Source: Bugula neritina
Lineage: Eukaryota > Animalia > Bryozoa
Direction: 5' to 3'
Length of the DNA stretch: 64,000 nt
NCBI GenBank assembly: GCA_964035545.1
Contig: OZ037766.1
Location: forward strand, 10,344,722 to 10,408,721
Made by a program: the position numbers and the translations under genes. Position 1 is the first letter of the stretch, and each line of letters starts with the position of its first letter. Below, one piece after another: positions 48,459 to 61,443 of the stretch. Under the pieces are notes generated by a model. That model was not told the DNA's origin and made no database searches. It saw nothing but the letters and a program-made list of their open reading frames with translations.

Positions 48459-50316
48459 AAATGGTGCTAGCTACTCTATGCACCAAGTCATTTATAGAAA
48501 GTGTTACTTCTCAACAGCTTCAGCTTCTTTTATGTTCTATAATTTTCACACAAACCACCAGAATCTTTAATATTATTTATTACTTCTTCAAGTGTATAAT
48601 GTCTTGTTCTTATGTCTGTGTTGTAATTATGTGAATATTTCTTGCTATTGGTACTGAGCTACCAAAATTAATTTGCATGCTTACCAAATAGAGAATTTAA
48701 TTATAAACAGATTTACTATTCTTGTTTTCAAAGTTCTGTTTTTCTTGCAACTGCTTGCACGCTTACATGTTGAACTTTCTCTGTAATCACACTTCACTTG
48801 TCGATTCCCAAAGCTGTCTCTGTGTACATGTTCCTTTATTTTTAGTTGTGCATGTCTGCGGTGTGTTTAGTTTCAGTGTATAGCCAGCAGGTAATGTCCA
48901 TAGTTTATTATACTTAGTAATTGCTAAAGGTATCTTACTGATCAACATTTTTTGTATAATTAGAAAGATTGAGACCAACCAGTTTTAACCAGCTAGACTT
49001 TTTATTAAATGCAAAAATGATATATTCTACAATATGGAAAGAAAACCTTTTCTAAAAAAGTTTTTTGCCCGACATAACATATTTATGCAAGACTTATGTC
49101 CTCCTAGATCCTGAATTTCACGTTTATGATGCACATATTTTATGTTAAGCAGATGGGGTAACTTACTTTTTTAATGATATAAAATGGGTTAGATGAGAGA
49201 TGGTTTACAGACACAATTGAGCCAGTAATTTCCTCATTTTATAACAGCTACCTTCAGCTGTAAGGCCTTTCAGTTTAAGTTAACTCACTTTGACTTAGAT
49301 TAGTGCACAAATTTTCATTGTAAAGGAAAATCAGGTTGATATGTACCTAGTTTAAATTATCTGACAGTACAACTTGTTAAAGCAGTCAGCAATAAGTTGT
49401 TGAGAAAGTATTAAAACTGCTAATCTTAACTTGAAAAATATTTGCTAAATTCTTTACCTTGTAGCCATTGAGCAAGGTGAGACAGCACCTCCAGTCTAAG
49501 AGGCAAGCAAAAGAAGACAAGATGAATTCGATTTTGAAGGATTACACTTCCAAAGTATAGAAGCAAGGTACAGAAATACCAGGAGCTAGGGAAGCTATGT
49601 TAATATGGCTGGGTTATAATATTTTTATGTGAATGTACTATTGGTGCACTCAGTAGCTAATTGTTGAGTAGCATAGCCCAGTTGGTTTGGTTAGAACTAC
49701 TAACAACCAACTGCTAACATAAACTCCTATTCTACAGATACATAAAAACCATAACAAATTTGGTCTAAACTGCACCATTTATAATTATATATAACATTAA
49801 TGTAGTGCAAACCTACCTATGTTATTGTGGCCTATTCACCTGTTTTCAACAACTGCTTGGTTATTTAAAATTATACATTTACAGACAGATGAAAAATCAT
49901 TAAAATCTAGTCAACTTTTAGAAAACCGGGCAACATTGTAGGCAATTGACAATTTATATTTACTATATTTGTGTATATCACAAAATAGCTCAATATTGTA
50001 AAAGCAACATAATAAATTATTAAGCTGAAGTATACTACCAAAATAATGTTTTAGCAAACAAAAGTTATTACACAATAAATATATTATATATTCTCTACTA
50101 TGACTCTGTATTTCTTATATAGCAGGCAGATGTACAAGTTTGACTTGTACAAATTAGCAAACATTCACTTATAAAAATCTAACATAGCACCTTTAGAAAC
50201 AACTGAATAATTATCTTATTGACCAAGATTGCTACACCACATATTTAATTTACGGGTAGATTATATGCAGATAGAATATAAAATGCAAAAATAGTGCCAC
50301 TCTATCAAGGATAACG

Positions 50317-53300
50317 TCATGAGATTACACATGAATTGTTCGAACACGAGCATATACCACCCACCCCAAAATTCTGCTTTGGTGGTATCAGATCCAAGTC
50401 TTCATTATCAGATTCTAAATCAAGATTATAGCCATCTTTGATAAGTTGTTCTCTCATAGATCTACTTGATCGCTGCCATGATAATGGGATATCATCATCA
50501 GTTTCGCTGCAGTTAACAGAACTTTTTATTTATAATACAATCATCGCAAAGGTTTGTCTCGAAAGTAAGAACAATTTTAAAATTTACAGAAATTGATTGA
50601 AAAATCAGATATTATGAAAATAGGAATGGCGGTTACTGAAAACCATCTCACCTTAATTCATCATTGATTGGGATGTCGACTAGAAGACTCGCACTCTCCT
50701 GTTTTCCATGAACTCCAGGCTGAAGATAAGTACTTTTATGCCTCGCACCAAACGATTTCCTATTTCTATAAATACAATTTATATCAGATGAAAGCATGAG
50801 TACAGAATTACCCAAAATACTGATAATTTCTAAAGTTTAATAAAAAATACAGTATGTGGCACAAAACAAACATATTATATAATAAAACAGCAATAAAATA
50901 ACTAACTAAAAGGCATCTAGGAAAAAATCAATCAAAGGGATTAAATGCTCCTAAAAGTTTAACATCTGAAAATATTACACTAACTGAAGATAAGGCCATA
51001 GCAAACAGTTTTAATAAATACTTTACTTCCGTAGGAACAACGTTATCAAAGAAATTTACTGACGACAATTTTGATTTTACAGCTCAGAAGTCAGATAAAA
51101 AACTTGATGAACAGTTTAGCTTTACAAATATTGAAAGCACAGTCATTGAAAGCTTACTTAAAGATATAAACCCAGCCAAAGCTGCAGGATTAGATTTAGC
51201 TCCCACCAACCTAATAAAAATATCTGCATCTCATCTTTCAAAGCCTTTAGCTTACATTATAAACACAATTATCAATGATGGCGCTTTTCCAAATGAACTA
51301 AAAAAAGCTAAAGTTGTTCCTCTACACAAAAAAGGCATAGCTACCGATGTAAGTAATTACCGCCCAATTTCTATATTACCTGCTTTCAGTAAGATAGCTG
51401 AAAAGATTTTAAATAAGCAAATAGTAGATTTTCTAGAAAGCAAAAATTATTTAACTGATAAGCAGTACGGCTTTAGACGAAATAGAAACACAAATATTGC
51501 CTTAATTAATTTAACAAATAAGGTTTTAAATGCCATGAACAATGGCAATTCTGTAGCGGGAATTTTCCTCGATTTTAGTAAGGCCTTTGACACAATAAAT
51601 CATGAAATCTTATTAGCTAAATTAAAAATGCTCCACTTTTCAAGTCACAGTGTGAAGCTAATTAAAAATTATCTGTCCAATCGTCAACAGTCTACTATTA
51701 TTAACAACACATATTCTGACTTTATTCATATCACATGTGGGAGTACCACAAGGATCCATACTTGGTCCCACACTATTCCTAATTTATATAAATGATCTTC
51801 CAGATGTAACTATGCATTTAGACCCTATATTATTTGCCGACGATACGAACCTCTTCTTTGAATCAAAAAATCTATTAAACAATATGGACATCATAAACTG
51901 TGAATTAAAGAAAATAGAAAATTGGTGCAATAAAAATAAATTAACTGTAAACATGAGTAAAACAAACTATATGATAATCAAAACAGGGCAAAATAAACAA
52001 GATTTAAATGGCTTTGCCTTAGAAATGTTTAACAAAAAATTATTGGAGGTAAAATCAACTACCTTCTTAGGTATTATAATAGATTCACATCTTTCTTGGC
52101 AACAACATTGCAGCAAACTTTGTCAAAACCTAAGGCCCTTAGTAGGCTTGATAAGTAAATGTTCCAATCACCTACCTAGAAAAATTCTAATACAAATATA
52201 TAACTCTTTTGTAAATTCTAAATTAACATATTGCCTAAAATCGTGGGGTAATGCAGCAAACATTTATCTTGAACCACTACTTTTACTACAAAAGAAAATA
52301 CTGAGAATTATATATAAAAAGCATCACCTTTCCCCATCTAAACCACTGTTTCTTAGTTCTTCAATCATGCCTATTCACACTCTACACAAATTCAAACTAA
52401 TACTGCTCTCACATAAACTTTACTATTCTCAACTAACACATCTCACACATAACTATCCCACAAGATTTTCAGAGTTCAGCCTACAAACTCCTCTATCATC
52501 AACTGCTGCAGGTCAACGAAGAGTGGAATTCCAATGTTCGTCGCTATGGAATAAATTGCCTAGTTCTATTCGTGCTGTGGGGAGGGAGGCTGGTTTCAAA
52601 CTTGCCCCGAGAGACCATCTAATGGCAAATTTCCAGATAAAAAAATAATACTTTTTGAGTTGCTAAAACTTCCAAAAACCTAAACAAAAATCTTATATAA
52701 CTGTCAACCATTCATGACTTGGTGCCTCGACTAGCTACAGTGCTATTGCGCCATAGGCCCTGTCATTTTGTTTATTTTTTTCTCAATTAATTCCCCCCCC
52801 CCCCCCCCACTACGACAAAATAAAAACAAACAAACAAACAAAATACATTAGAGCATATTTTTGAAAGACAATTGATTTTCTAAATAAAAGATGTACAAAG
52901 CAAAAAGACGCATAATATGTGCTAACAATAATACTTACGGGGTTGGTTGATTTAGTACAGCATGTGAGGCAGTTGATTGATCTGGGAAGTGTGAGCTGAG
53001 TAACTGAGCATTTGATGATTGTTCTAAAACAAATAATACAATATTAAGACAGACTACTTAGAAAGAAGTAACGTCTTATTCCAAATATATATGGTAAACT
53101 ACAGAACAAACTTAATGTGAATAATATGTAGAAATAAAACAAAATGCAAAGTTTAATTTTTAAAATTTATTCTAGCATTTAAAGTGTGATAATTTATATA
53201 AATTAAATCGTTCAATTGACTGATAAAAATAAAATTTTTGAACTGTTGCTGGTTATTCAGTAAAAAACCACACTTTCAACGGTTAAGGTTTTACCGATTT

Positions 53301-54592
53301 CTCTGTTGCTGCTGTACTGAGAAGGGCGCATGGCTGTTTCAATGTCCTCCGTAGACCCTTCACTCTCAGTTTCACTATCAGACTCCACTAACTGTTTAGG
53401 TAGGGACCTACTAGAACTGTGAGGATACTTTGAGTCCGTCTAAATGATAAAATTAAAAAAACTTGATGCTTTTAAAATTGCAGCTTTTCTTATTTCTACT
53501 TTGATTAATTTTGATTTTGTGAACACTCAAAATATATAAATATTTAATTTACTAGGTGACATGCTATATAATAACATTATACTACATAGCTATGCCTTTG
53601 ATAGGTATATAGGCCAGGCTTATGTGCTAGAATACCTAGTCAAAAGTTCCCATTACTATGTGTTACAAATGGGTCAGCAAACATATAAGTTGTTGTTAGA
53701 CATATGACATTAACCAAAGTTAATTGATTTCACAGGCTTTTAATTTTTATACAACAAGAGTAGTTGGTGATACTTAGAAATGAAGTTAGCCTAACCGCAT
53801 CATCAGGCAATTTATATAATGCAGCTTACATAAATACATTTCACATACACATACATTTTCATATTGAATTTTAAAATCTTGGTTACAGGCCTCTAAATAT
53901 TAGAGTTTCATAGAACAATGAGTACCAAACACAGGCAAGTCAATTGATTAAAATATTTACTTCACCAGAGAAAAAAAAGTTAATATATATATAGTTTATC
54001 ATATGTAGATAGCATTGCCCAGGCAACGAAACTTAACAAAACACAAACCAGAGACATGAGAGGTGATGAAGTTATGAACATCATTTCTGGTAGACCTATA
54101 ATTTAAATTTTTGAGGGAGCAGCCGTGGTCTAGGGGTTAGAGCGGTTGCCTAGTATACACGAGGTCATGGATTCGAGCCCTGACAAAGGCCATTGGTGAT
54201 GTTAGAAAGAGCATCCAATCATAATTGCTCCTGTGCCTCATTTAAATAACTCCTTAGCCCGCTTTAACAAAAACCCTTTCTATCAGGAGTTTCTCACAGG
54301 GATAGCGACTATAAACTTGCGTGAGTTTATAATTTAAATTTTTGAGCGATTTCAAGTACAATATTTTGTCTAATTAATATGTGAACCAGGTACTTCGAAA
54401 AGTTAGGTATACGAATGTACAATAGTACTAACAACAGCAAGTATGAGCACCAACCTTGGCATTGTTGTGTTGACGAGAAGAGTTGTCTGTATGATTGTTA
54501 GAACTGAAGCTATTTGTTCTCAAATTCGAAAATTTAGCTAGGGTACCATTACTCCTATGACCTGCCTCAAACTCAACACCACTTTCTGTCAT
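50317..54592 (-). CDS. FAM219: FAM219 family protein, 5 coding exons, ~223 aa, C-terminal CaaX (CVIS)
   Basis: Last exon QLIKDGYNLDLESDNEDLDLIPPK...CSCSNNSCVIS* matches the FAM219A/B signature QLxKDGYxLD..DxEDLDLIPPK plus a Cys-rich tail. Exons: 54592-54455, 53439-53295, 53023-52939, 50765-50652, 50506-50317, in phase. Absent from the ORF track. The start could lie in an upstream exon. Confidence 0.88.
50900..52845 (+). mobile_element. 5'-truncated non-LTR retrotransposon (CR1/L2/Crack group), RT domain, antisense in a FAM219 intron
   Basis: Open frame from ~50903 (IANSFNKYFTSVG, KAAGLD, NYRPISILP, QYGFR, FLDFSKAFDTINH). One +1 frameshift near 51739, then GVPQGSILGP, LFADD, FLGIIID to the stop at 52648. 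3' UTR with poly-C and an (AAAC)n tail. Endonuclease domain absent. Confidence 0.95.
54116..54327 (+). mobile_element. tRNA-derived SINE, copy 3 (FAM219 intron)
   Basis: A box TGGTCTAGGGG, B box GATTCGAGCCC, family core. Perfect 19-bp TSD TATAATTTAAATTTTTGAG at 54097-54115 and 54328-54346. Confidence 0.93.
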
Positions 54593-55559
54593 TTCCTAAT
54601 AAAGTATTTTAATAAAGGTATGTTGAATAAATGGTAAGGCACATTACTATTAGCAATACACAGACACAATTTGGTTCTATAATTTGAATAAAACATTAAG
54701 AAGATAGTTAGGATCACCAGTCTTAATTTACAGCAGTCAAATATCAGCATTAAGTCACCGGCAACAACATTTTAAACTGCATTCGGCTAATTACAGCATT
54801 TTAAAATTCTAGTGAAACAACAAAGCTCAAAGACTTGAATTCTTCAAAAATGGTTTATACATGTATGAAAAGTATTGTTATTCTATATTTGAATTGAAAC
54901 CTGCACATTATTTCATAATTCTGAGAAATCTGCACAGATAAAAATTAGAAACACAATTTTAATTTGACCGAATCTATGTTGAGTATAACTCATTGAAAAA
55001 AGAATCTTTTAAAATACAGCACTTGCAAAACCAAGCAAACTATTATTGCTAGACTTAGGTTCAATAACAGAAAAACTTTAATAACTTCTTTTGTAGCCTT
55101 TCTCATCTAATGCATACCTTTTCTCAAATTTATCTATTACTGCACCTACTTCCATTGCTAGTTATTGTAACAGTGTTGCTTGTGCAATAAACCAATATTG
55201 TTTTACTACTAAATTATATTGAACTTTCAACTAAGAATGTTTGCTAGCTTTGGCTTCATTTTTTGACCAACTTTTAAAGGAGCCAGTTTAGCACTTAAAT
55301 GCTATTTGAACAAATATTCTTAAGCCTAAAAGTTCAGTATGAGCCCAATGATAAAATTTTATTGCTACAAAAATTAAATTTAAGGTGTAAAATTTTGATT
55401 ACTTATATTGAATATGACATGATATCATTAGTGTAAATATTTAATAACTCACTACAACTTATCTTTATCGCAACTCTCTGACTGATGGTGAGTGTGTCCA
55501 GGCAATAAACTCAGACTAATAGTAATTTACCCAAGTTAGGTAACTTTGTTGCCAAACAC

Positions 55560-56270
55560 AATGAGAATGACAATAACCCATCAATGAGTATCACTATGAG
55601 TATGACTAAAAGTAAAATGAATATAATCAGTAGAATTGTATCAGCTTGACTTAACAGATAGATGTAGTGGCTGCACTTGATAATGATTGCCAATGTGAAA
55701 ATACCAATGTGACTCAATCAGTAAATATGAATGCATTTGCTAGGACCACTAATTATAAATTACGCTAATCCAAATTTGCATAACTGTAACCCATAACTAT
55801 TTAACTGTAAAACTAGGTGTATGCCGAGTTGCTTGAATCAATTCAGTTAGAATTGATGCCTAATGACAATAACAATACCAATGGACTATTAGTCATTACT
55901 ATTACTCATACCATAACTATTAGTATTAGGATTAGTCATTACATTTACATTTGTGGTTTACTGCTTACTCATAGTCATTGACATTAGACTTAGTGATTAG
56001 TCTCAGAGTTTAGACATCGCCATTGGCATTACCATTAGGTTTAGTATTTTATTAATATTATTATTAATGCTTATGTTGTAATTAACATTATTAAATTTAA
56101 TAACAATTATACTTATAATTATTTAATTTCAAACAAGGCCAACTCAAACTCGAACGCAAACTGAAACTCAAACTAACACTGTAAGTGTATAACTATAACT
56201 ATAACTCAGTATGAGTATAAGTATAACTATTACTATTAGTATTACTATTATTATTATATTTATAGTTGAT
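55560..56270. repeat. Degenerate period-3/6 tandem repeat tract between the FAM219 and ING3 5' ends
   Basis: atgagtatcactatgagtatgact (55584), aactcaaactcgaacgcaaactgaaactcaaact, ataactataactataactcagtatgagtataagtataactattactattagtattact. Patchy. Confidence 0.75.
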
Positions 56271-56704
56271 TTTTAATTTCGGTAAACGAGTTTCTCATTT
56301 AACTTTACTAACTCTAAGCATTATTATTATAACTAAAATTTAACAAAATAAACGCAAAACTTTTTACAGTGGCTTTTATTATTCATTACCTATTGGCTAT
56401 TGGTATTGCGATCAGTTATACATATTATTGTCGTATTGGACTTTCACTTTAGACCAAGATGAGTTATCAATCATTTCGGAAGTAATGTTATACTACCATA
56501 GCCCGCAAATTTAACCAACGATTGCATTCGAATGTTGGTAAAATAGGTAGTGTAGCTACGTTCCTCGCCATTACATACGTTAAAATAGCGTGCTCGAATA
56601 TTACCAATTGATATTTTTGTATTGTAAATTTTGCTTATAAAATTGCACTGTGCAGCTCTTTTGTGTGTTTGCCTGTAATTAAAAGTTTACTAATTGCTGT
56701 CACC

Positions 56705-59700
56705 ATGCTGTATCTTGAGGATTTTCTTGAAGGTAATTACAATTATCTTTATGATTTATCAGTTCTTAAAAGCAACAAATTGTAAGTTTACGGCAGCCAA
56801 TAGCGGCAATATTGTAATTGTTCGGGTTGTCTCCTTTTTATTTAAAATAGGACAACTCCTTAAAATTTGGTCAGCATATGCAGCCAAAGCCCAAAATTGT
56901 CAAAGATCTGTAGAATCAGAATGTGACTCCTAAAAGTGTAATGATTATAATATGTATATTATTGTACAATCATTGTTTCCAAAGCATTGAATGGGTTGGT
57001 CCATTTTAACTTGTAAGCTGACTCTGTAACATGCTAAATAGCAAGACCGAAGGCCTATCATGATCATCATTATTAAGTTTATGATTTATGATTATCATTA
57101 TGTAAACTTAAGCAAATTAACACTTCACAGTCATAATGTACATCTAATTTTTTATATCACTTTCAATTTGGTTCAGCAGAGCGAATAATCATCATTCTTC
57201 ATTATCATGTAAAACACCGGCTTGTTCTTTGTGGCCAAGTTTCTATAAAATAAGTTACCAATTGCCTGGTTGAAACTTTTAAATTTAATCTGCTGCTTAT
57301 GCATATCAATAATTTTTTTGAACCTGCAGTTGTCTACTAATAGATTTATTTGTACTTGTAGTGATAGAAAATTTGCCAATGGAAATGCGAGAAAGATTTA
57401 CTGATATGAGAGAGGCAGACCTGGGGGTTCAAAGTAATTGTCCTGAGAGTGTAGCATAATACAAATATAGTAGACGTGGTAATAGTTTCAATGAAAAGTG
57501 TAGCTGCACTCTGTAGTTATATTTAAGCTAATATTCTATCAAATGAATAATATATTGTTAAAACTCGGTGATATTCTACTGTGTGTAATATTTTCAGTAG
57601 CTATGTTAATAAATACATTTATACATTTAACTGCTCAATTGCTATTTTCTAGATTCAAATGATGCATTAGAAGAGCGAACAAAACATTTCTTAAAGAAAT
57701 GTGCACAAAGCTCAGTGAAAAAAGAATGGAAAGATGAACAATTTCATAAAATAAAAGAAGTAAGTGTTGTATTTCAGAAGTTAGAGATTCGTTGGCCGTG
57801 GTTAGTGCAGAAAATCAGTTTGATAACTTTGTTAGCTTATGTTAATGACTAGCACAGTGTTGGTTTGGATATTTTTCATGACCCTTTTTAAGTGATAGTG
57901 GGACATTTTCAGAAATAATGTATTAATCTGCAATAATATTATTGCATATTTTATGTTCAAACGTTTTTAGACTAATTTATTTTTTCTGAATTTTTTAGGA
58001 TTATAAAAAAGTAATAGAGCAATCAGATGAGAAAGTACAAATAGCAAATCAAATATATGAAATGGTAAGATCCAAATACACATTTTGTTACATTTTATTA
58101 AAAAAAACATACTTTATACTTTGCAATTTGTTCAGTTGATCATTTATGATTTTCAGTGAATCTTATTTAAATGATTGAAAGTTTGTATCTTTGGCATTTA
58201 TTGCAAAAGCGGAATATTTAATTTGCCGTTTAGGTTGACCGGCACCTCAGGAGACTGGATGTAGAATTAAGTAAATTCAAAATGGAACTAGAAGCTGACC
58301 ATGCTGGAATAACAGAAATGTTAGAAAAACGTATGTAAATATTATTTCACCTGCATTGCATGTTTTACTATATGAAACATTGCTACTTATTACTATGTGT
58401 GAAGATTCTGTAATGTACTTTCATTTTAATCATTCAGACTAGTATTGTTTGTTTTTATTTACAATGAATTACAGATATTATAATGAAAGTTGTATGTTCA
58501 AATAATATTTCAGGTTCTTTAGAGTTGGACAATGTGCCTAAAGAAAATAACCCACCAAGGGAAAGTAAGTTAAACCAATTGAAATGCTGTTGTGGCTTGC
58601 ATTCTGTTATCAATATAATTTTTCTCATACCATTCATAAATAATTGTTCCTTTATATTTTTCATATACTATACCTCAACATAAGCATATCATTGTAGAGA
58701 GAAAATACACTCATCAGTCTGTGACTGTCGAAGCAAAAAAGCAGGCGCTGCGTGTGCCTGCATCAGTCAAACATGAGACTTTACCCTATGTGTCTACACA
58801 GGAGAATATAGAATATACAGAGTCAGGTAGCCCGGGCTCTCTGTCTAATCACTCTAGTTCACTCGGCTACAATCTAGGTGAGCATTGCATCTGCTCCTAG
58901 TCAATGCAATATCAACTGATCCACTCCTTTTATAGTAATATATAAATTTGGATGTGTAGTTATAGCATATGATTTTCAGGGCATAATAAAACTCATGCAA
59001 ATTTATTGTCACCATTCCTGTGAGAAACCCCTGATGGAAAGGGTTTTTTGTTAAATCAGGCTAAGGACTTATTCAGATGGGGCACAGGAGCAATTGTGAC
59101 TGGATGCTCTTCCTAACATCACCAATGGCCTTTGTCAGGGCTCGAATCCATGACCTCGTGTATACTAGGCAACCGCTCTAACCCCTAGACCACGCTGATC
59201 CCTGCATAATATATTTTATTAATATAATGTGCGCGTGTGTGAGTTTAATTTTTGATGATTCTAAGGAGTATTGTATTGAGTATTGTTCTGTCATGACATT
59301 TTTCTATGTATTCATCACCAGGTAACGTGGGAGCTCAAAGTAATGCTGCTATTAGAGCTGCTGCCACACAAGCTATTGCTGCAACTCATCAACAGCAGCA
59401 GCAAGGTAGACGTTCCACTAGTCTGAAGGCGAGTGTAGAAGCGACTAAAAAGACAGATCATTGGTCATCTCTCTCTGAATCTCTGTCTTCCAGTAGCCAA
59501 TCAACAGTCGCAGATACTTCACACAACAGCAGATCACAAAGAGTGAAAAAGTAAGCACTTGTTGATGTGACTTACTTGAAGTTAGACTGTGATTAAGTAT
59601 ATGCGGTGTATAGGTCTATAACTGGCTTCACTTGACATGGTATTTCATTACTAGTTGTTGTCAGGCAAAAATCATATTTTTATTTTGTATAAATGATTAG

Positions 59701-61443
59701 AAAAAGAGCTCATGAGACTCAATGCAATAATCACCTCACCTATGGTTTGAAAATTAAATGTGTGTTAATAATAATTTTAGGATAGCTAATTTGTGAATTG
59801 CCATGATTTATAATCAGCTGTAGTCATTGGTTAGTTAATATTACTAAAAAGGAGAAAAAGTAAATTGTTCATTAACTTTTCATATTGGCATATAATGGAG
59901 AAATGGGTGAAAATATAAAATAGCTTCAGTTTTGTTGTGGAAATCAAGCTCTCTGGTTATAATAGCTTTCTTGTGTTATACATTTATTCTGACTAGAGAG
60001 TTTCAAAAACACATAGAATAGGCAACTCCTAATTTCTAAAAAGAACTGTTTTTCAACCATATGCGTCTTACTGTATTGTAAAAGCGCCTCATCTACGACA
60101 AAATCATTTTGGAAACTCTTTGTCCTTCAAAAGTTTTTTCATAAGCTTTTTTGTGCACACATGTCCTGAAAAAGTGTGTTTTTATAAAATCTCAACTTGT
60201 GATATGCCCTCAAAAGTTTATGAAAATATTTTTTTAATAATCATAAGACATGCACAGTATTTCATTACTAAGTTTGCACTGTTGATGGTAACTCATGAAC
60301 TGGTATGTGCATTATTGCAGACACACACAAAAAGCTGAAGAGCTTATTAAAGCTCAGCAGGCGAAGAAGCATGCCCATCAGCCTAGCTCACACAGTCAGC
60401 TCAGTGCCCAGCAGAGTCCAGTGGCAGCTGAAGCAGCGGATGATGGGCAGCAAACTGGAGACTGGGCGTATGACCCTAATGAACCTCGATATTGTGTCTG
60501 TAATCAGGTGTCGTATGGGGAGATGGTTGGCTGTGATAACACTGATGTAAGAATAATACATAGATTCTATAAATTGTTGATTTTTTCAGCTGGGTTTAAA
60601 TTTTGTCAACTTGAATTAACAGTTGCACGAGTCAAGTAATGACTTAAACCATAGGACTCAAGTTCAGTCAAACAGTGGTAGTTTCAATCTAACTACAAGT
60701 GTTGATACTAGTCAATAGCAGTAAATGTGCAGTGAAGGCACTATTTCTGAGCTTATACTAAATGTTTCTAGCTAATAAAGCTGTGTACTATTCTATTGGC
60801 TCTGATTTGAGTTATATAATTTGTAAGCAATTAAGCAGCTGATAGATTCTATAACATAATGTTTGGAATAAATTATTTTAACTAAATATATTTCTGTCCT
60901 TGAGAAATCATGTGATGAATGAACACATCATAGTAAATATGTGTTCATGATTTTTACGCTATAGAAAAAAATTGAGTCAAGTACATGAAAAATAGCGGAC
61001 AGATAGTTTCAAGTACTCTGTCAAATAGAAGTGAAGTCATCCTTGACTTTGACTTAACTTTTTTACTTTTAATATTACTAAAAGCTACATCAACAGGATG
61101 TTGTGTCATATGCTAATAGAATACTATAATACTATTACGTATTGAGAATTGCGACAAAAGCTATTGGCCAGGGTCTAGGCTGGCTACGAAATTCTATGTT
61201 AAGTAATATTCATGGATAATTGATTATCTCTCAGTGAATCTGACTTTAGAAGATTTAGCCAACTTAATGAATTAGCTCACTAGTGTCATATTTTTGCCCT
61301 GTGTAATCTTGGTATATTATTGTTTTTTGTAGTGCACTATTGAGTGGTTTCACTATGGCTGTGTTGGCTTGACTTCAGCTCCTAAAGGTAAATGGTACTG
61401 CCCATCTTGCACAGCTGCTATGAAAAGGCGAGGTCGTCGATAA
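56705..61443 (+). CDS. ING3: Inhibitor of growth protein 3 (ING domain + PHD finger), 10 exons, ~388 aa
   Basis: MLYLEDFLE...[53 protein letters not shown]3-typical [67 protein letters not shown]. Exons: 56705-56732, 57362-57433, 57653-57759, 57999-58064, 58234-58330, 58514-58564, 58698-58877, 59322-59550, 60321-60546, 61333-61443. Confidence 0.96.
58989..59203 (-). mobile_element. tRNA-derived SINE, copy 4 (ING3 intron)
   Basis: Reverse complement of copy 3, with a near-identical head. 8-bp TSD GCATAATA at 58981-58988 and 59204-59211. Confidence 0.92.

Noticed and set aside
49001-49009. Overlapping AATAAA(-)/ATTAAA(+) as a bidirectional poly(A) signal
   Set aside because: Such words are frequent by chance at this AT content, and there is no 3'-end data.
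55115-55155. Putative FAM219 upstream exon MEVGAVIDKFEK
   Set aside because: It ends in phase 2 while the next exon needs phase 0, and a similar sequence at ~31459 suggests a dispersed repeat remnant.
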